Assembly (NCBI GenBank): GCA_963796955.1
Contig: CAWCNJ010000008.1
Coordinates: 128,001 to 192,000 of the forward strand
Reading direction: 5' to 3'
DNA from: Endomicrobiales bacterium
GTDB lineage: Bacteria; Elusimicrobiota; Endomicrobiia; Endomicrobiales; JALOBY01
Length of the DNA: 64,000 bases
The position numbers and the translations under genes are program-made. Positions 29,038-41,900 of the stretch are shown here, piece by piece (position 1 is the stretch's first letter; every line of letters begins with the position of its first letter). Under the pieces are notes generated by a model. It was not told the DNA's origin. It searched no databases and was given only the letters and a program-made list of their open reading frames with translations.

Positions 29038-30564
29038 ATGACTTCTATACGCGCGCTCGTGCGTTTTCACTATCCCCTTGCTGTCCTTTCAGGCGTATTA
29101 CTTTGGTTGTCCTTTCCGGGTTTTTCCTGGTTCCCGCTGGCCTGGCTTGCCCTGATCCCTTTGATGATCTCCATTATCGGCGCAACGCCTCTCAAAGCCG
29201 CACTGCTGGGTTTTATCACGGGACTTACCGCTTATACTGGCATTACCTATTGGATAGTGCCCACCGTGCATACCGCGACAGGTTCCTGGGTACAGGCTTT
29301 GCTGTGTCAGGGAGTGCTTGCATCGTACCTTGCCTTCTTTATCGCATTATGGGCATATTTAGTACGCGCCGTCGATATTAAAGCATCGCTGCTGAGATTC
29401 TCATTTTTTTCCGCCGCCCTGTGGATCGCGATCGAATTTTTACGCACATGGCTTTTCGGCGGGTTCCCCTGGGCGCTGCTTGGTTATTCGCAGTGGAAAT
29501 TTTTATCCCTGATACAGCTTGCCGAGTATACCGGCGTATACGGGATATCGTTTCTTTTAGTGCTGGTAAATACAAGTCTGTTGCGCTTGTTAACGACAAA
29601 ACGTGCGCTGCCGTTCATCGCGCTTTTGTTCGTGGTCTCGTCTGCCGCGGTCGTTGGAAAGGTGCTCTACATTGCCACCACAACCGCGGCGCCGCTGTAT
29701 ATTAAGGTCGCGGTATTGCAGGGGAATATCGACCAGTACAAGAAATTCGACAAAGTGTATATTTCGGACATCGTTTCAGGGTATACCTCCATTGCCCGTC
29801 AGGCAGCGCGCACGAGACCTGATATGATCGTCTGGCCCGAAACTTCCGTGCCCGGCGTTCTGCCGAGAGATCCGGGGTTGTATGCATGGATCAGTTCTCT
29901 TTCGAAGGAAACACGGTCCTATAATATAGTAGGTTCGATCTATAACAACGGCGGTCAGGAATATTACAACTCATCCATACTGTTCGGCTCTGAAGGCGAG
30001 ATCGTCGGCTGGCACAAAAAGAACCATCTGGTGCCGTTTGGCGAGTATATACCCTTTAGGAAATTTCTGTCCCCCTTCTTCAAGATATTCAACGAAATGG
30101 GAGACCTGACACGCGGGACGCAGCCGGATCTGCTCCCGGTTAAATCAGTGCTTATCTCTCCGGTCATCTGCTCCGAGAACTTTTTCGGCGATCTGGTGCG
30201 CCGCTTTATCCGTAAGGGCGGGGAAGTGATCGTCAGCCAGACGAACGATGCCTGGTATCTGAACACCAGCGCCGCTCAACAGCATTTCATAATGAATGTC
30301 TTCAGGGCAATTGAGAACCGCAGGCCGGTGATCGCCGCCGGCAATACCGGTGTTTCAGGCATCATAGAGCCGAACGGACGCATAAGCGCACGGCTTGCGG
30401 AGCACCGGCGCGCGTTCCTGGTAGCGACGGTCTCTCCATCGCGCGTCATGACATTCTATACCAGATTCGGCGATCTTTTCGCGATCTTTTGCGTGCTCTA
30501 CGCCCTGCTGGTGCTGATCCTCAAATTCAAATATCTTCTGCCTCAAAAAATACTTAGATTTTAG
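29038..30564 (+). CDS. lnt: Apolipoprotein N-acyltransferase
   Basis: GFPW..LGYSQ, QGNI, WPET, K.HLVPFGEY, ICSE, NDAW, RAIE. Confidence 0.95.
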   Translation: MTSIRALVRFHYPLAVLSGVLLWLSFPGFSWFPLAWLALIPLMISIIGATPLKAALLGFITGLTAYTGITYWIVPTVHTATGSWVQALLCQGVLASYLAFFIALWAYLVRAVDIKASLLRFSFFSAALWIAIEFLRTWLFGGFPWALLGYSQWKFLSLIQLAEYTGVYGISFLLVLVNTSLLRLLTTKRALPFIALLFVVSSAAVVGKVLYIATTTAAPLYIKVAVLQGNIDQYKKFDKVYISDIVSGYTSIARQAARTRPDMIVWPETSVPGVLPRDPGLYAWISSLSKETRSYNIVGSIYNNGGQEYYNSSILFGSEGEIVGWHKKNHLVPFGEYIPFRKFLSPFFKIFNEMGDLTRGTQPDLLPVKSVLISPVICSENFFGDLVRRFIRKGGEVIVSQTNDAWYLNTSAAQQHFIMNVFRAIENRRPVIAAGNTGVSGIIEPNGRISARLAEHRRAFLVATVSPSRVMTFYTRFGDLFAIFCVLYALLVLILKFKYLLPQKILRF

Positions 30565-30573
30565 GAGATCGCC

Positions 30574-31663
30574 ATGCTCAACGATATTCAGGTAAAATTG
30601 GAGCGCCTCAGGAGGGCGCTTTGACGTTGAAGGGAAAAAGAAAGAGATCACGGAACTGGAACAACGGTCCGGAGAGTCCGGCTTCTGGAACGACGCCAAC
30701 AGCGCCCGCGCTTTAATGGGAAAATTGAATGCTTTAAAAAAGACCGTGTCTACCTGGGAAGCGCAAACGGCGGAAGCTGTCGAACTGGCACAGTTGTCCA
30801 AAATGGCTGAAGATGAAAAAGACGAAAGCATGGTGGCCGAGATCGCTGCTAACATTGAGAAATTGAGACAGTCCGTCAATGCGCTTGAAATACAGCTGAA
30901 ACTGGCAGGAGAGTTCGACCGCAGCAACGCGATAGTAGCGATACATGCGGGGGCCGGCGGTACTGAGTCGTGCGACTGGGCCGAGATGCTGCTCAGGATG
31001 TACAACCGGTGGGCCGAACGAAAAGGTTTTACTGTTGAATTGCTCGACATACTCGGCGGGGAAGAAGCGGGTATAAAGAGCGCGACCTTCCTGGTAAAAG
31101 GCGAATTCGCCTACGGCCTGTTGCGCTCCGAACTGGGAGTGCACCGCCTGGTGAGAATATCGCCCTTTGATGCTAACAAACGCCGCCATACCTCGTTCTC
31201 CTCCGTCGACGTCATTCCTGAGATCGACGATAATATCAACATTGTGATAGAAGACAAAGATCTTCGTATAGACACCTACCGGGCTTCGGGGCACGGGGGA
31301 CAATATATGAACAAGACCGATTCCGCGGTCCGTGTTACGCACATCCCTTCCGGCATCGTTATTGCCTGCCAGGTGGAACGTTCCCAGATAAAGAACAGAG
31401 CGACCGCTATGAAGCTGCTGAAATCAAGATTATATGAGGCGGAGCTCGACAAAAAGCGAAAAGTCACCGAGAAGCACTATGATGAAAAAGGTTCCATCGC
31501 CTGGGGCAGCCAGATACGTTCGTATGTGTTCATGCCCTACCAGCTGGTCAAAGACCATCGCACCGGCATTGAAGTACCCCAGGTGGACCTGGTAATGGAT
31601 GGCGAAATAGATCCGTTCATATCGGCGTATCTTGACAAAAAACTGACCGGCGAGAGCTCGTAA
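30574..31663 (+). CDS. prfB: Peptide chain release factor 2, with programmed +1 frameshift at CTT TGA C (30619-30625)
   Basis: 16-codon ORF from ATG 30574 ends AGGAGG-GCG-CTT-TGA-C; the +1 frame joins ORF 30716 with SPF and GGQ motifs. Confidence 0.95.
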
Positions 31664-31681
31664 CAACCGCCGCAAAATCCA

Positions 31682-31711
31682 TTGACATCGCTGCACAAAA
31701 ACAGCTATAAT
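31682..31711 (+). promoter_or_regulatory. sigma70 promoter
   Basis: TTGACA-18 bp-TATAAT (both hexamers consensus). Confidence 0.7.
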
Positions 31712-31763
31712 TTTATATGTGTTTTTGATTTTTACATTATCCTGGTCCGCGTGAGGAAACCTG

Positions 31764-32153
31764 ATGAAAAAGATCATGGTGGTGGAAGATGAACGCGATG
31801 TGGTTGAGCTGCTGAAATTCATTCTTGAGAAAGACGGGTACGAGGTTACGCCTGCCTATAACGGGCGCGAGGCTATGGAGTATCTGGGAATGCTGCCCTC
31901 AAGTCAGCCGAAAGTGGTGCCGGACCTTATGATACTTGATATAATGATGCCGGAAGTTGACGGCTATACGCTGCAGAATAAGATGATGGTAGCGGAAGAT
32001 ACTAAAGGGATACCCATAATAATCCTGACCGCGAAAGGCCAGATGAGAGATTTGTTCGGCATGGCAAGCAATGTTGCGGCATACGTCGAAAAACCCTTTG
32101 ATCCTCAGATGCTGCGCCTTAAGATCAAAGAGATCGTAGCGAAAATGAGCTAA
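31764..32153 (+). CDS. Single-domain response regulator
   Basis: VVEDE, PDLMILDIMMPEVDG, LTAK, KPF. Confidence 0.9.
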   Translation: MKKIMVVEDERDVVELLKFILEKDGYEVTPAYNGREAMEYLGMLPSSQPKVVPDLMILDIMMPEVDGYTLQNKMMVAEDTKGIPIIILTAKGQMRDLFGMASNVAAYVEKPFDPQMLRLKIKEIVAKMS

Positions 32154-32156
32154 CTA

Positions 32157-33623
32157 ATGAACGATGAGATAATGGATTCGGCAACACCGCTGGAACAGAT
32201 AATAGAGATACGCCGGCAAAAAGCGACCGCGTTGAAAGCCTCAGGGCGGGAATTGTACCCCGCACGGTTTCCATCCAACGGCGCGATCGGCACGATGCTT
32301 GAAAAGTACCAGGAACTTGCTACCGGACAGGAAAGTACCGATGTGGTGCGCCTTGCGGGACGTATCGTGTCGCGCAGGGAAATGGGGAAAGCCTCATTTT
32401 GTCATATTCAGGACGCGAGCGGCAAGATACAGATATATTTGAAAACCGGGAACGTGCCGGCCCCGCAGTATGCGGAGTTCAAGGACAATGTTGATATCGC
32501 CGATTTTATCGGCGTGGAAGGAACGGTGTTCCGCACCCGCACCGGCGAGCTCAGCGTTCTGGCGGCTTCCTGGACCTTTCTCGGGAAATCGCTGCGGCCG
32601 CTGCCTGAAAAGTGGCACGGCCTGAAGGATACGGAAACCAGATACCGTCAAAGGTACCTGGACCTGTTATCAAACCCTGATGTGAAAGATATCTTTGTAA
32701 AACGAAGTATGATCATATCAACTATGCGACAGGAACTGCTGAACAGCGGATTCCTGGAAGTTGAAACTCCGATGATGCAGCCTATCGCCGGGGGCGCGAC
32801 AGCAAGACCTTTTATTACTACTCACAACGCCCTGGGCATGCAGCTGTATCTGCGTATAGCTCCGGAGCTCTATTTGAAAAGGCTTGTTGCCGGCGGTATG
32901 GAAAGAGTTTTCGAGATAGGTCGTAATTTCAGGAATGAAGGCATAGACCGTACGCACAACCCTGAATTTACCATGCTGGAGCTTTATCAGGCTTACGCGG
33001 ATTATAACGTAATGATGGATCTCTGCGAGAACCTGATAAAAAGCTGCGCTGGCAAACTTAATTTCGATATCAAGCCTTTCCGCAGGGCGACGATGTTCTC
33101 GCTGCTTGAAGAACATACGCACCAGGACGTCAAAAAGGCGTTTGTCGATAAAGCGGTTGTCTCTCTGTGCAAAAAAATGGGACTGCAGCTCGCGGATGAT
33201 ATTACGGAGAAAAAAGCGCTGGACCTGTTATTTGATAAATTCGTCGGGGATAAACTGATAGAACCGATCTTTGTCACAGAATTCCCGTCCGAATATTCAC
33301 CGCTGGCGAAACGCAAGGCCGATGATCCATTGATCGCCGAGCGCTTTGAACTCTACATCAACGGCCAGGAGATGGCGAACGCGTATTCCGAACAGAACGA
33401 TCCGCAAATACAGAAGCAGTGTTTTCAGGCCCAGATGGAAGAGAAGGCGAAAGGCGACGACGAAGCTCAACCATATGATGAAGATTATATCGTCGCCCTG
33501 GAGCACGGGCTGCCGCCGACCGGCGGGCTTGGCATCGGTATAGACCGGCTGGTCATGCTGTTGACGAACACCGACACGATCAGGGAAGTGATCTTGTTCC
33601 CGTTGATGAGGAACATTCAGTAG
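32157..33623 (+). CDS. lysS: Lysine-tRNA ligase (class II)
   Basis: [35 protein letters not shown]. Confidence 0.97.
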   Translation: MNDEIMDSATPLEQIIEIRRQKATALKASGRELYPARFPSNGAIGTMLEKYQELATGQESTDVVRLAGRIVSRREMGKASFCHIQDASGKIQIYLKTGNVPAPQYAEFKDNVDIADFIGVEGTVFRTRTGELSVLAASWTFLGKSLRPLPEKWHGLKDTETRYRQRYLDLLSNPDVKDIFVKRSMIISTMRQELLNSGFLEVETPMMQPIAGGATARPFITTHNALGMQLYLRIAPELYLKRLVAGGMERVFEIGRNFRNEGIDRTHNPEFTMLELYQAYADYNVMMDLCENLIKSCAGKLNFDIKPFRRATMFSLLEEHTHQDVKKAFVDKAVVSLCKKMGLQLADDITEKKALDLLFDKFVGDKLIEPIFVTEFPSEYSPLAKRKADDPLIAERFELYINGQEMANAYSEQNDPQIQKQCFQAQMEEKAKGDDEAQPYDEDYIVALEHGLPPTGGLGIGIDRLVMLLTNTDTIREVILFPLMRNIQ

Positions 33624-33635
33624 CACGGAAGCCCT

Positions 33636-34847
33636 ATGTCTCTTGAATTATTTGTCGCACTCAGATATTTGAAAGCAAGAAGGAACGGCGTTTTCACACT
33701 GTTGACCACGTTGATAGCCGTCGGCGGTATAACGCTCGGCGTGGCGTCCTTGATAATAACTCTTTCGGTGATGAGCGGTTTTCACAGCGATATCCGCGAT
33801 AAGATACTGGGCTTGCAGCCTCACATCCTGATCGTCAAAGAGAACGGTGAACCCTTCACGGAATACGGGCAGGTTTCCGGGCGCCTGCTTAAAACACCCG
33901 GCACCGTCGCCGCAGCACCGTTCATTTACGGGCAGGCAATAGTACGCAGTAACGGAAGCACCCTTGGAACAGTCGTAAAAGGCATCGACTGGAACAAGGA
34001 GACCGGCCTGGTCAGCATCGGGAAAATGACGGTCGACCGCACCGTCGCTGACGGCGGTTTGAAGACGGGGGAAGTGCTGATCGGCAGCGAACTTGCCGGC
34101 AACCTTCGGGTACGCGCCGGCGATGACGTGGTACTGATGTTCCCGTCGCAGCTCTCTACGATACCGAAGATGGCGAAATTCAAGGTCCGTTCGCTGTTCC
34201 ATTCGGGCATGTACGAGTATGACGCCAATCTGTGCTATATAACCCTTACTGACGCGCAAAAGCTCTTTGATCTGCCCGCCGGCTCTGTTTCCGGCATCGG
34301 GCTAAAGCTCTCGGACTGGGATTCCTCGGCAATAATGGAAAAATATTTTCAACAAGTGTTGAAATATCCATACTGGGTCCGTTCCTGGCAGCGGATGAAC
34401 GGCAATCTCTTCGCCGCGCTGAAACTTGAAAAGATCATGATGTTCATTATACTCGGCCTGATCATACTGGTCGCTTCCTTCAACATCATCTCGAACCTGC
34501 TGCTGCTTTCAGTTGAAAAGGCGCGCGAGATCGGCATTATGTCCGCTGTCGGTATCCCGAGGGTCAGGATCGGCCTGGTGTTTTTCTGGGAAGGTGTAAT
34601 CACCGGCGGCACGGGAATAATCCTGGGTTTTATCTGCGGGATCAGCGCGGTGCTTGCCCTGGCGAAATATCAATTCATTAAGCTGCCGGCCGATGTGTAT
34701 TATATGGATCATTTGCCGGCAAAGATAGTGCCGTTTGACGTGGCAAGCGTCGCTGTGGCCGCGCTGTTCATTACCATCGTTGCCGCGATCTACCCGGCCT
34801 GGCAGGCCACCAGAATGAATCCGCTTGACGCGATACGGTACGGGTAA
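33636..34847 (+). CDS. Lipoprotein-releasing ABC permease LolC/E
   Basis: LGVASLII.LSVMSGF, GMYEYD, LKLEK, LPADVY. Confidence 0.88.
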   Translation: MSLELFVALRYLKARRNGVFTLLTTLIAVGGITLGVASLIITLSVMSGFHSDIRDKILGLQPHILIVKENGEPFTEYGQVSGRLLKTPGTVAAAPFIYGQAIVRSNGSTLGTVVKGIDWNKETGLVSIGKMTVDRTVADGGLKTGEVLIGSELAGNLRVRAGDDVVLMFPSQLSTIPKMAKFKVRSLFHSGMYEYDANLCYITLTDAQKLFDLPAGSVSGIGLKLSDWDSSAIMEKYFQQVLKYPYWVRSWQRMNGNLFAALKLEKIMMFIILGLIILVASFNIISNLLLLSVEKAREIGIMSAVGIPRVRIGLVFFWEGVITGGTGIILGFICGISAVLALAKYQFIKLPADVYYMDHLPAKIVPFDVASVAVAALFITIVAAIYPAWQATRMNPLDAIRYG

Positions 34848-34852
34848 CGAGC

Positions 34853-35521
34853 ATGAACGTTCGTTTTGAAAATATATTTAAAACCTATCAGCTGAGCAGT
34901 AGTGTGGAAGTGAAAGCCCTGAGAGGTGTTAACGCGACCATTGAGCAGGGTGAGGCGGTCGCGATAGTCGGCCCCTCGGGCGCGGGCAAAAGCACGCTGT
35001 TGCACCTGGCGGGGCTTATGGACCGGCCAACCGGCGGTGATGTGTTCCTTGATAATAAGAACGTGACAGCATATCCGGAAAAGCTTTCCTGTGATCTGCG
35101 GCGTGAACACATCGGCTTCATTTTTCAGATGCATTACCTGCTGCCCGAGTTCACCGTCCTTGAGAACGTGCTTATCCCGGTGTGGGATAAACGCCGTTCG
35201 ATCGTGAAGGATGCGCAGTCACTGTTGGATTCGCTCGGCTTGACGGAAAGGCTTCACCACCTGCCATCGGAACTTTCCGGCGGGGAACAACAGCGGGTTG
35301 CCATGGCGCGTGCGTTGATCAGCGGTCCTTCACTGGTGCTTGCTGATGAGCCGACCGGCAACCTGGACCGTGAGACGGGCGCGCTGGTAGAAGATCTGTT
35401 GCTGGCCGAATGCAAACGCAGGAACGCGACGTTGATAGTGGTAACGCACAATGCGGAGCTGGCGGCAAAAGCGGGCAGGATAATTTCGATGCGCGACGGG
35501 ATGATAGAAAATTTTGCTTGA
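34853..35521 (+). CDS. lolD: Lipoprotein-releasing ABC ATPase
   Basis: [28 protein letters not shown]; follows lolC/E. Confidence 0.88.
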   Translation: MNVRFENIFKTYQLSSSVEVKALRGVNATIEQGEAVAIVGPSGAGKSTLLHLAGLMDRPTGGDVFLDNKNVTAYPEKLSCDLRREHIGFIFQMHYLLPEFTVLENVLIPVWDKRRSIVKDAQSLLDSLGLTERLHHLPSELSGGEQQRVAMARALISGPSLVLADEPTGNLDRETGALVEDLLLAECKRRNATLIVVTHNAELAAKAGRIISMRDGMIENFA

Positions 35522-35549
35522 GGCGATACTAAACGCACGAGGTACTAAA

Positions 35550-36428
35550 ATGAAGATATGGCTTGACGGGAATTTGGTTGATAAAGAAGACGCAAAAATA
35601 TCGGTATTCGACCACGGGCTGCTTTACGGCGACGGTGTGTTCGAAGGCATACGGGCGTATAACGGCAGGGTTTTCCGTCTGAGAGAACATCTTGACCGTC
35701 TCTACGCTTCTGCCCACGCGATCATGCTGGATCCGGGAATGAAAAAGAAGGATATGGAAGCCGCCGTAATAGAGACGCTGCGCGCTAACAAGCTGAAGGA
35801 CGCCTACATCCGCCTGGTCGTTACCCGCGGCTTCGGTGACCTTGGTCTTGACCCGCGGAAATGCCCGAAACCGACTATATTCATCATAGCGGACAAGATA
35901 AAGCTGTATCCCGAAGAGGTATACACCGACGGGCTTGAATTGATAACAGCCGCTACCAGGCGTACGATACCCGATTCCTTAAGCCCCTGCATAAAATCGT
36001 TGAACTATCTTAACAATATCATCGCGAAGATAGAATGCATACGCGCCAATGTTCCGGAAGCGATCATGCTTAACGCGCAGGGGCATGTTGCCGAATGTAC
36101 CGGCGATAATATATTCGTTTTGAAAGAGAACACGCTGATAACTCCGCCGACGTGGGAAGGGGCGCTTGACGGTATCACGCGCGGCGCGGTCATGGAACTG
36201 GCAAAGAACAAAATGAAGCTGCTGGTAAAGGAAGATGTTATAACCCAATACCATGTGTATAACGCTGATGAATGTTTTTTAACGGGCACCGCGGCTGAGG
36301 TAATACCGGTGGTCAAGGTTGACGGAAGGACAATTGCGGACGGGAAACCCGGGAAGATAACGTTAAAACTGGTCAAGGAATTCAGAGAGCTGACACGCCT
36401 GACCGGTGTTCCCATATACGAACGATGA
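35550..36428 (+). CDS. ilvE: Branched-chain amino acid aminotransferase
   Basis: DHGLLYGDGVFEG, KSLNYLN, LDGITR, FLTGTAAE. Confidence 0.95.
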   Translation: MKIWLDGNLVDKEDAKISVFDHGLLYGDGVFEGIRAYNGRVFRLREHLDRLYASAHAIMLDPGMKKKDMEAAVIETLRANKLKDAYIRLVVTRGFGDLGLDPRKCPKPTIFIIADKIKLYPEEVYTDGLELITAATRRTIPDSLSPCIKSLNYLNNIIAKIECIRANVPEAIMLNAQGHVAECTGDNIFVLKENTLITPPTWEGALDGITRGAVMELAKNKMKLLVKEDVITQYHVYNADECFLTGTAAEVIPVVKVDGRTIADGKPGKITLKLVKEFRELTRLTGVPIYER

Positions 36429-36465
36429 CACGGAAAGAAGCGCTTTTTGGAAGCAGGGAGGGATC

Positions 36466-38946
36466 ATGTCCAATAGATTTACTGAACGGGTGCAAAGAGT
36501 AATAATAATCGCCCAGGAAGAGGCAAAAAGACTTAACCACGATTACGTCGGTACGGAACACCTGCTTCTGGGACTGGTAGCGCTCGGCGAGGGTGTTGCG
36601 GCGAAAGTCTTCGCGAACCTCGGCGTAGACCTGCGACGTGTGCGGGCGGAAGTGGAAAAGCTGGTGGGGACCGGCGACAACGTGATGCTGCTGGGAGAGA
36701 TACCTTTCACGCCCCGGGCGAAAAAGGTGCTGGAGTTGGCCGTCGAAGAGGCGCAGTCCCTGAGCCAATCGTACGTCGGGACTGAACATCTGCTGCTCGG
36801 GCTTTTGAGAGAAGAAGAAGGCATAGCCGCCCGCGTGCTGGAAAACCTGGGTGTGCATATCAGCGAGGTCCGCGAAGAGATCGTCTCCATGATGTCCAAC
36901 GAGGATGAATCCGCGCCCGCCGGTGAAAAGAAGACAGGAAAATCAAAAACAAAAACACCGACACTCGACGAATTCGGCAGGGACCTTACGGCCCAGGCAC
37001 GCGAAAGCAAGCTGGACCCGGTCGTCGGCCGCGATGAAGAGATCGAACGGTTGATACAGATACTGTCGCGCCGCACCAAAAACAATCCGGTGCTGATCGG
37101 TGATCCTGGCGTTGGAAAAACCGCTATCGTGGAAGGCCTGGCGCAGCGGATCATATCGGGTGATACGCCGGAATTGCTGCATAATAAACGCGTTATGACC
37201 CTTGACCTGGCCGCAGTGGTAGCGGGAACAAAATACCGCGGAGAGTTCGAGCAGCGTTTAAAGACCATAATGGAAGAAGTTAAACACGCGAAGAACAGCG
37301 TTATATTGTTCATCGATGAACTGCACACCGTTATCGGCGCCGGTGCGGCGGAGGGTGCTATAGACGCTTCGAATATGCTTAAACCGGCGCTCGCGCGCGG
37401 CGAGCTGCAATGCATCGGCGCGACGACCCTGGACGAATACCGGAAACACATAGAACATGATGCCGCTCTTGAACGGCGTTTTCAGCCTATTGTCGTAGAA
37501 CCACCCACGGTAGAGCAGACGGTACAGATATTGCACGGTTTGAAGGAACGCTATGAGACGCATCACAAAGTGCATTATGACGACGGCAGCCTGCGCGCAG
37601 CCGCGGAACTTTCTGAGCGCTACATTACGGACCGTTATTTGCCCGATAAGGCCATAGACTTGATCGACGAAGCCGGTGCGCGCGCGCGTCTGCAGACATC
37701 CCAGCCGCCCGACTATATACTTGCCAGGGAAACAGAATTGCTCGCCGTAACGCAGGAGAAGGAATCGGCGATCTCCCGGCAGGAATATGAGAAAGCGGCA
37801 AAACTGCGCGACACCGAAAAAGAAATGCGCAAAACATTGGACGAAGAACGGAAAAAGTGGAAGGCGACCCGTGAAGAGAATTGGCCCAGCATCAACGCGG
37901 ACGACATCGCACAGCTTATCTCAAAGTGGACCCGCATACCGGTCACCCGGCTGACGGAAACGGAATCTGAAAAGCTGCTGCGCATGGAAGGCGAACTGCA
38001 TAAACGGGTCATTGGTCAGCATGAACCCATACTGGCCCTTTCCAAGGCGATACGGCGCAGCCGCACGGGAATGAAAGATCCGCGCAAGCCGATCGGTGGA
38101 TTTATTTTCCTGGGCCCGACCGGCGTTGGGAAGACCGAGCTCGCCCGGGCTCTGGCGGAATACATGTTCGGCAATGAAGAAGCCCTCATTCGCGTCGACA
38201 TGTCCGAATACATGGAAAAATTCTCGGTGTCGCGTCTGATCGGCGCGCCTCCGGGCTACGTCGGCTACGACGAAGGCGGACAGCTGGCCGAACAGGTGCG
38301 CCGTAAGCCCTATGCGGTGGTCTTGCTCGACGAGATCGAAAAAGCACATCCTGATGTTTTCAATATACTGCTCCAGATACTCGATGACGGTATCCTGACG
38401 GATAATCTGGGACATAAGGTAAACTTCAAGAATACGGTCATCATAATGACATCGAATGTGGGAGCGCGCCTGATATCCAAGGGGAAATCACTCGGGTTCC
38501 TGGTGCAGGAAGATGCCGCCTCAGATTATGAGAACATGAAAGAGACCGTTAACGGCGAACTGAGAAAAGTATTCAATCCGGAATTTCTCAATAGAGTCGA
38601 TGAGACGATCGTTTTTCACCCGCTCTCGCGCGAAGAAATGAAAGAGATACTGGACCTGATGATAGAACGCGGCAAGGGAAGGGTAGCCCAGCAGGGCTTT
38701 ACCCTTGAGATCGCCGACAATGTAAAGGAATTCCTGCTTGAGCACGGTTTCGATCCCGAGTACGGCGCGCGGCCGCTGGTGCGCACTATTCAGCATTACA
38801 TCGAAGACCCGCTGGTCGAGCACATTCTCGGGAAGCATCTGGTGCACGCGGCAGGAGAACCTCTTATCAAGGTGTTCGTGACCTTGAACACGGAAACTAA
38901 AAAGATAGAGTTTCAACCGGAAGAAAAGCCAAAAGTTGTTTCCTGA
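36466..38946 (+). CDS. clpC: Clp protease ATP-binding subunit ClpC
   Basis: Two Clp-N repeats, [11 protein letters not shown] motif [24 protein letters not shown] before ATG 36466. Confidence 0.95.
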   Translation: MSNRFTERVQRVIIIAQEEAKRLNHDYVGTEHLLLGLVALGEGVAAKVFANLGVDLRRVRAEVEKLVGTGDNVMLLGEIPFTPRAKKVLELAVEEAQSLSQSYVGTEHLLLGLLREEEGIAARVLENLGVHISEVREEIVSMMSNEDESAPAGEKKTGKSKTKTPTLDEFGRDLTAQARESKLDPVVGRDEEIERLIQILSRRTKNNPVLIGDPGVGKTAIVEGLAQRIISGDTPELLHNKRVMTLDLAAVVAGTKYRGEFEQRLKTIMEEVKHAKNSVILFIDELHTVIGAGAAEGAIDASNMLKPALARGELQCIGATTLDEYRKHIEHDAALERRFQPIVVEPPTVEQTVQILHGLKERYETHHKVHYDDGSLRAAAELSERYITDRYLPDKAIDLIDEAGARARLQTSQPPDYILARETELLAVTQEKESAISRQEYEKAAKLRDTEKEMRKTLDEERKKWKATREENWPSINADDIAQLISKWTRIPVTRLTETESEKLLRMEGELHKRVIGQHEPILALSKAIRRSRTGMKDPRKPIGGFIFLGPTGVGKTELARALAEYMFGNEEALIRVDMSEYMEKFSVSRLIGAPPGYVGYDEGGQLAEQVRRKPYAVVLLDEIEKAHPDVFNILLQILDDGILTDNLGHKVNFKNTVIIMTSNVGARLISKGKSLGFLVQEDAASDYENMKETVNGELRKVFNPEFLNRVDETIVFHPLSREEMKEILDLMIERGKGRVAQQGFTLEIADNVKEFLLEHGFDPEYGARPLVRTIQHYIEDPLVEHILGKHLVHAAGEPLIKVFVTLNTETKKIEFQPEEKPKVVS

Positions 38947-38948
38947 AA

Positions 38949-41900
38949 ATGCTGAAACGGATCTCCATAACGCTGGGCGCGCTTATTGTTATCACGGCAC
39001 TGGTATCTGTCTTTGCCTGGCGACTGCGTTTTGTGGAGGCTCCGGCTGAAAGTATAATGCGCAGGGTCCTGGGCATACCGGTAACTTTTGACCGTATTGA
39101 CTACCGCCTGTTCAACAGGATCACGCTGACGAATCTGACCCTCGGCACCAGCTTGAAATGCAACAGTATCACCGTCTATTTCAATCCCCTGCCGCTGTTA
39201 TTTGCACATGATAAACTGCGGGCGCTGGCAGCCATCGATATCGAAAGCCCGGACATTACCTGCGGACCTGAACTGAACGGGCTTATACAACGGGGCTCTG
39301 CGCCGGCAGGGGCGCATACTCCTGCGTTATCGATAACGTGTCATGATGGAACTCTCCGCTACAGCGGCATCGTTGTGTCAGGCCTTTCCGGTAAGATCTC
39401 CTCCGGTGAAAAAACCTCTGCAAAACTCAGGATGTATGCCGCCGGCAGGGCGATCAATGTATCGTTGTACAAAGAACGTCCCGACATGGTCAAAGCGATC
39501 GCCGAAGTTGTTTCGCGGGACCTGAACGCGAAAGTATTGGTTTCGATGCAGATCGGCGCGGACACGGCCGGCGGGACCTATGTTATTCCGCAATTCTCAT
39601 GGAAAACCTATCACATTGCCAACGCGAGCGGCACGTTCGTGTATGCGCCCGATAAATTAAACGTTACCCTCGAACATCCTGCGATAAATGCCCGGCTCTA
39701 CGGCATCAACTATTCCACATTCACGGTCAGCGGACACGCGGTGCTGGACGGTCTGGTCAGCGGTATGACCGGCAGCGCGGATGTTTTGATCAGTAAGGCA
39801 GGGGAGAAATATTCCGGCTTGTTAACCGCCGCCAACACGCGCTGGAGTTCCTCCCTGGTGTCCAGTTCAACGACGATCAAATTCAATAACAATCCCCAAA
39901 GCGGTGACTGGTATCTGGAGGCGCTGCTCGATCCGTCACAATACCGGATAAAGTGCTTTTTGAATAACTCCGGAGCGGTAAAGACCGTCTTTTATGGACC
40001 GCGAAGATCTTCGGGAGAGATCACGGGCGTTCTTTTCTCCTCAGCAACCAGCTTGAGCTTCAACTTTCCCGACTGGCCGGTGGCGAATATGCCTCTAGTG
40101 TCAGCGCTCTACCCGGACATCGAAGGTCACCTTCAATTGCGTGGCTCGTATACGCCTGAAAGAGCAGAGGCTTTTCTGAATGTCTATTCTCTTTCACAGC
40201 AGCGCTCAGAACCCGTATCCTGGTATGCGAACCTAACCAGCTCAAGCTCGGGTACCGTGGTCGCCGCGATGTCAAAATACAACGACTGGCAATGCAACGC
40301 CCGCCGTGACACTGGCGGTGGATGGGATATTAACGCGGTGTTCTCCAACGCGAAGCTTCCGCTGTACCTGCGTTTCTTCGATCAGACCCTGCGCCCTGAA
40401 GGCATACTGAGCGGCACCGCCTCATATTCAACGGCTTCAGGGAACGGCGAATGCAGGTTGTCGATAAAGGATTTCAAGAACGGCGGTTTTTTTGCGTCCG
40501 AGATAAGGGCAAAGGCTGCGATCGACAGCAACACCATCAGTATTAAAGAAGGAGCCGTTTTTTGCAAAGACGGTACGCTGACGGCAAGCGGTGTCATTGG
40601 ACGCTCAAAAGAGGCGCAAGAGGGCACGGTCTCTGTCATCGCGCATCATTTTCAGCTTGCCGATAACGTATCCTTCTCAGGGAATTTTACGTTGAACGGC
40701 GCTTTTGATCCGGACAAGGCGATTTACAGCGGCCGCATATCCGGTAATAACGTGGGCATAAACAATATCTCTGCTTTAAAATTGGATTCTCATTTCAGTT
40801 GTTCTTCGCGCGCACTGGCGATCGACTCTTTTACGCTCAGCCCGTATGCCAGGGGTAACGCGATCGTGAATTTTTCCAAACCCGTGAAAGTGGCCGGAAA
40901 GCTGACCGTCTCAAAATTCCCGCTGCAATCCCTGTACGGTCCCCTGAAAGGTCCGGTGAGCGGCGAATTGAACATTAACGGCTCGCCGGGCAGCTGGAGC
41001 GCCGATGTCGTTGCGCTGGCTCCGGCGTTGACCTATAAGAAAACGGTCTTCGCGGCGAATTTACATAGTCATGCGCGTGAAGGGCGGTTGTATCTTGACG
41101 CTTTGAGCCTTCAGTCCGGAAGGCAGTCGGCGCAACTAACCGGTTTGGTAATGCCGACAGTGAAGCTGACCGGCACTGTCTCAAATACCGAGGTTAAAAC
41201 TCTCGGTGCGCTCGTCGACGGGTTCCCTGAATCTGCGGGGGGGACGATCTCAGCGACGGTAGCCGTTACCGGTACGCTCGATGAGCCCGCAGTCCTGCTC
41301 TCGCTTGCCGGTAAGGATGTGTTCTATGATAAGCTTCACGCGACGAATGTTGCGGGTATCGCGGGCTACACCAGCGGCCTGATAACTATTTCGACCATAA
41401 CGGTACATATCGCTGACAGCGAATTTCTTGTTGTCGGCAGCACCATTGATCTGAAACAAAGCCTTTTTAATATTACGACGGTGGCTAAAAACACCCATGC
41501 GGGGCCGTTCGATCTGTTCGGTAAATTTCGCTGGGCCGGCGGCTGGAAAACGGATGACCATGGGAAACCGTCGGCAGCGGTTGTCGTCAGCGGCCGGGAT
41601 CTGTGGATAAACCAGTATTCGCTTCCGGCTGCCCAGATCGATATGCGCTACCGGGATGGGGCCGTGACTTTCGCGCCCATGTCGGGACAGCCTTTACAGG
41701 TTTCGGGTGTTCTTGATCTTAACGAGGCTCCTCAGATAACGTTGCGGAACTTTGTAATGACCCAGCCGGCGGACAATGCTACGTTAAGCGCCGCCGGTGA
41801 GGCGGGTCCGGGAAAATGGGACTTCACGATCAATGCAGTTAATATTCCTGCCGGCGCGACAGCGGATATGTTCAACTCGCCGGCCCAGATGGATGGCCTG

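Noticed and set aside
30716..31663. prfB as an N-truncated gene or pseudogene
   Set aside because: Explained by the canonical programmed +1 frameshift at 30619-30625.
36429..36465. AAAGAAGC before clpC as an ANTAR target loop
   Set aside because: No closing stem around a hexaloop and no tandem second hairpin.
36543..37451. Long antisense ORFs (also 11496-12284, 12079-12840, 30355-31050, 61826-62554)
   Set aside because: They shadow well-conserved genes, have no recognisable motifs, and are expected from codon bias.
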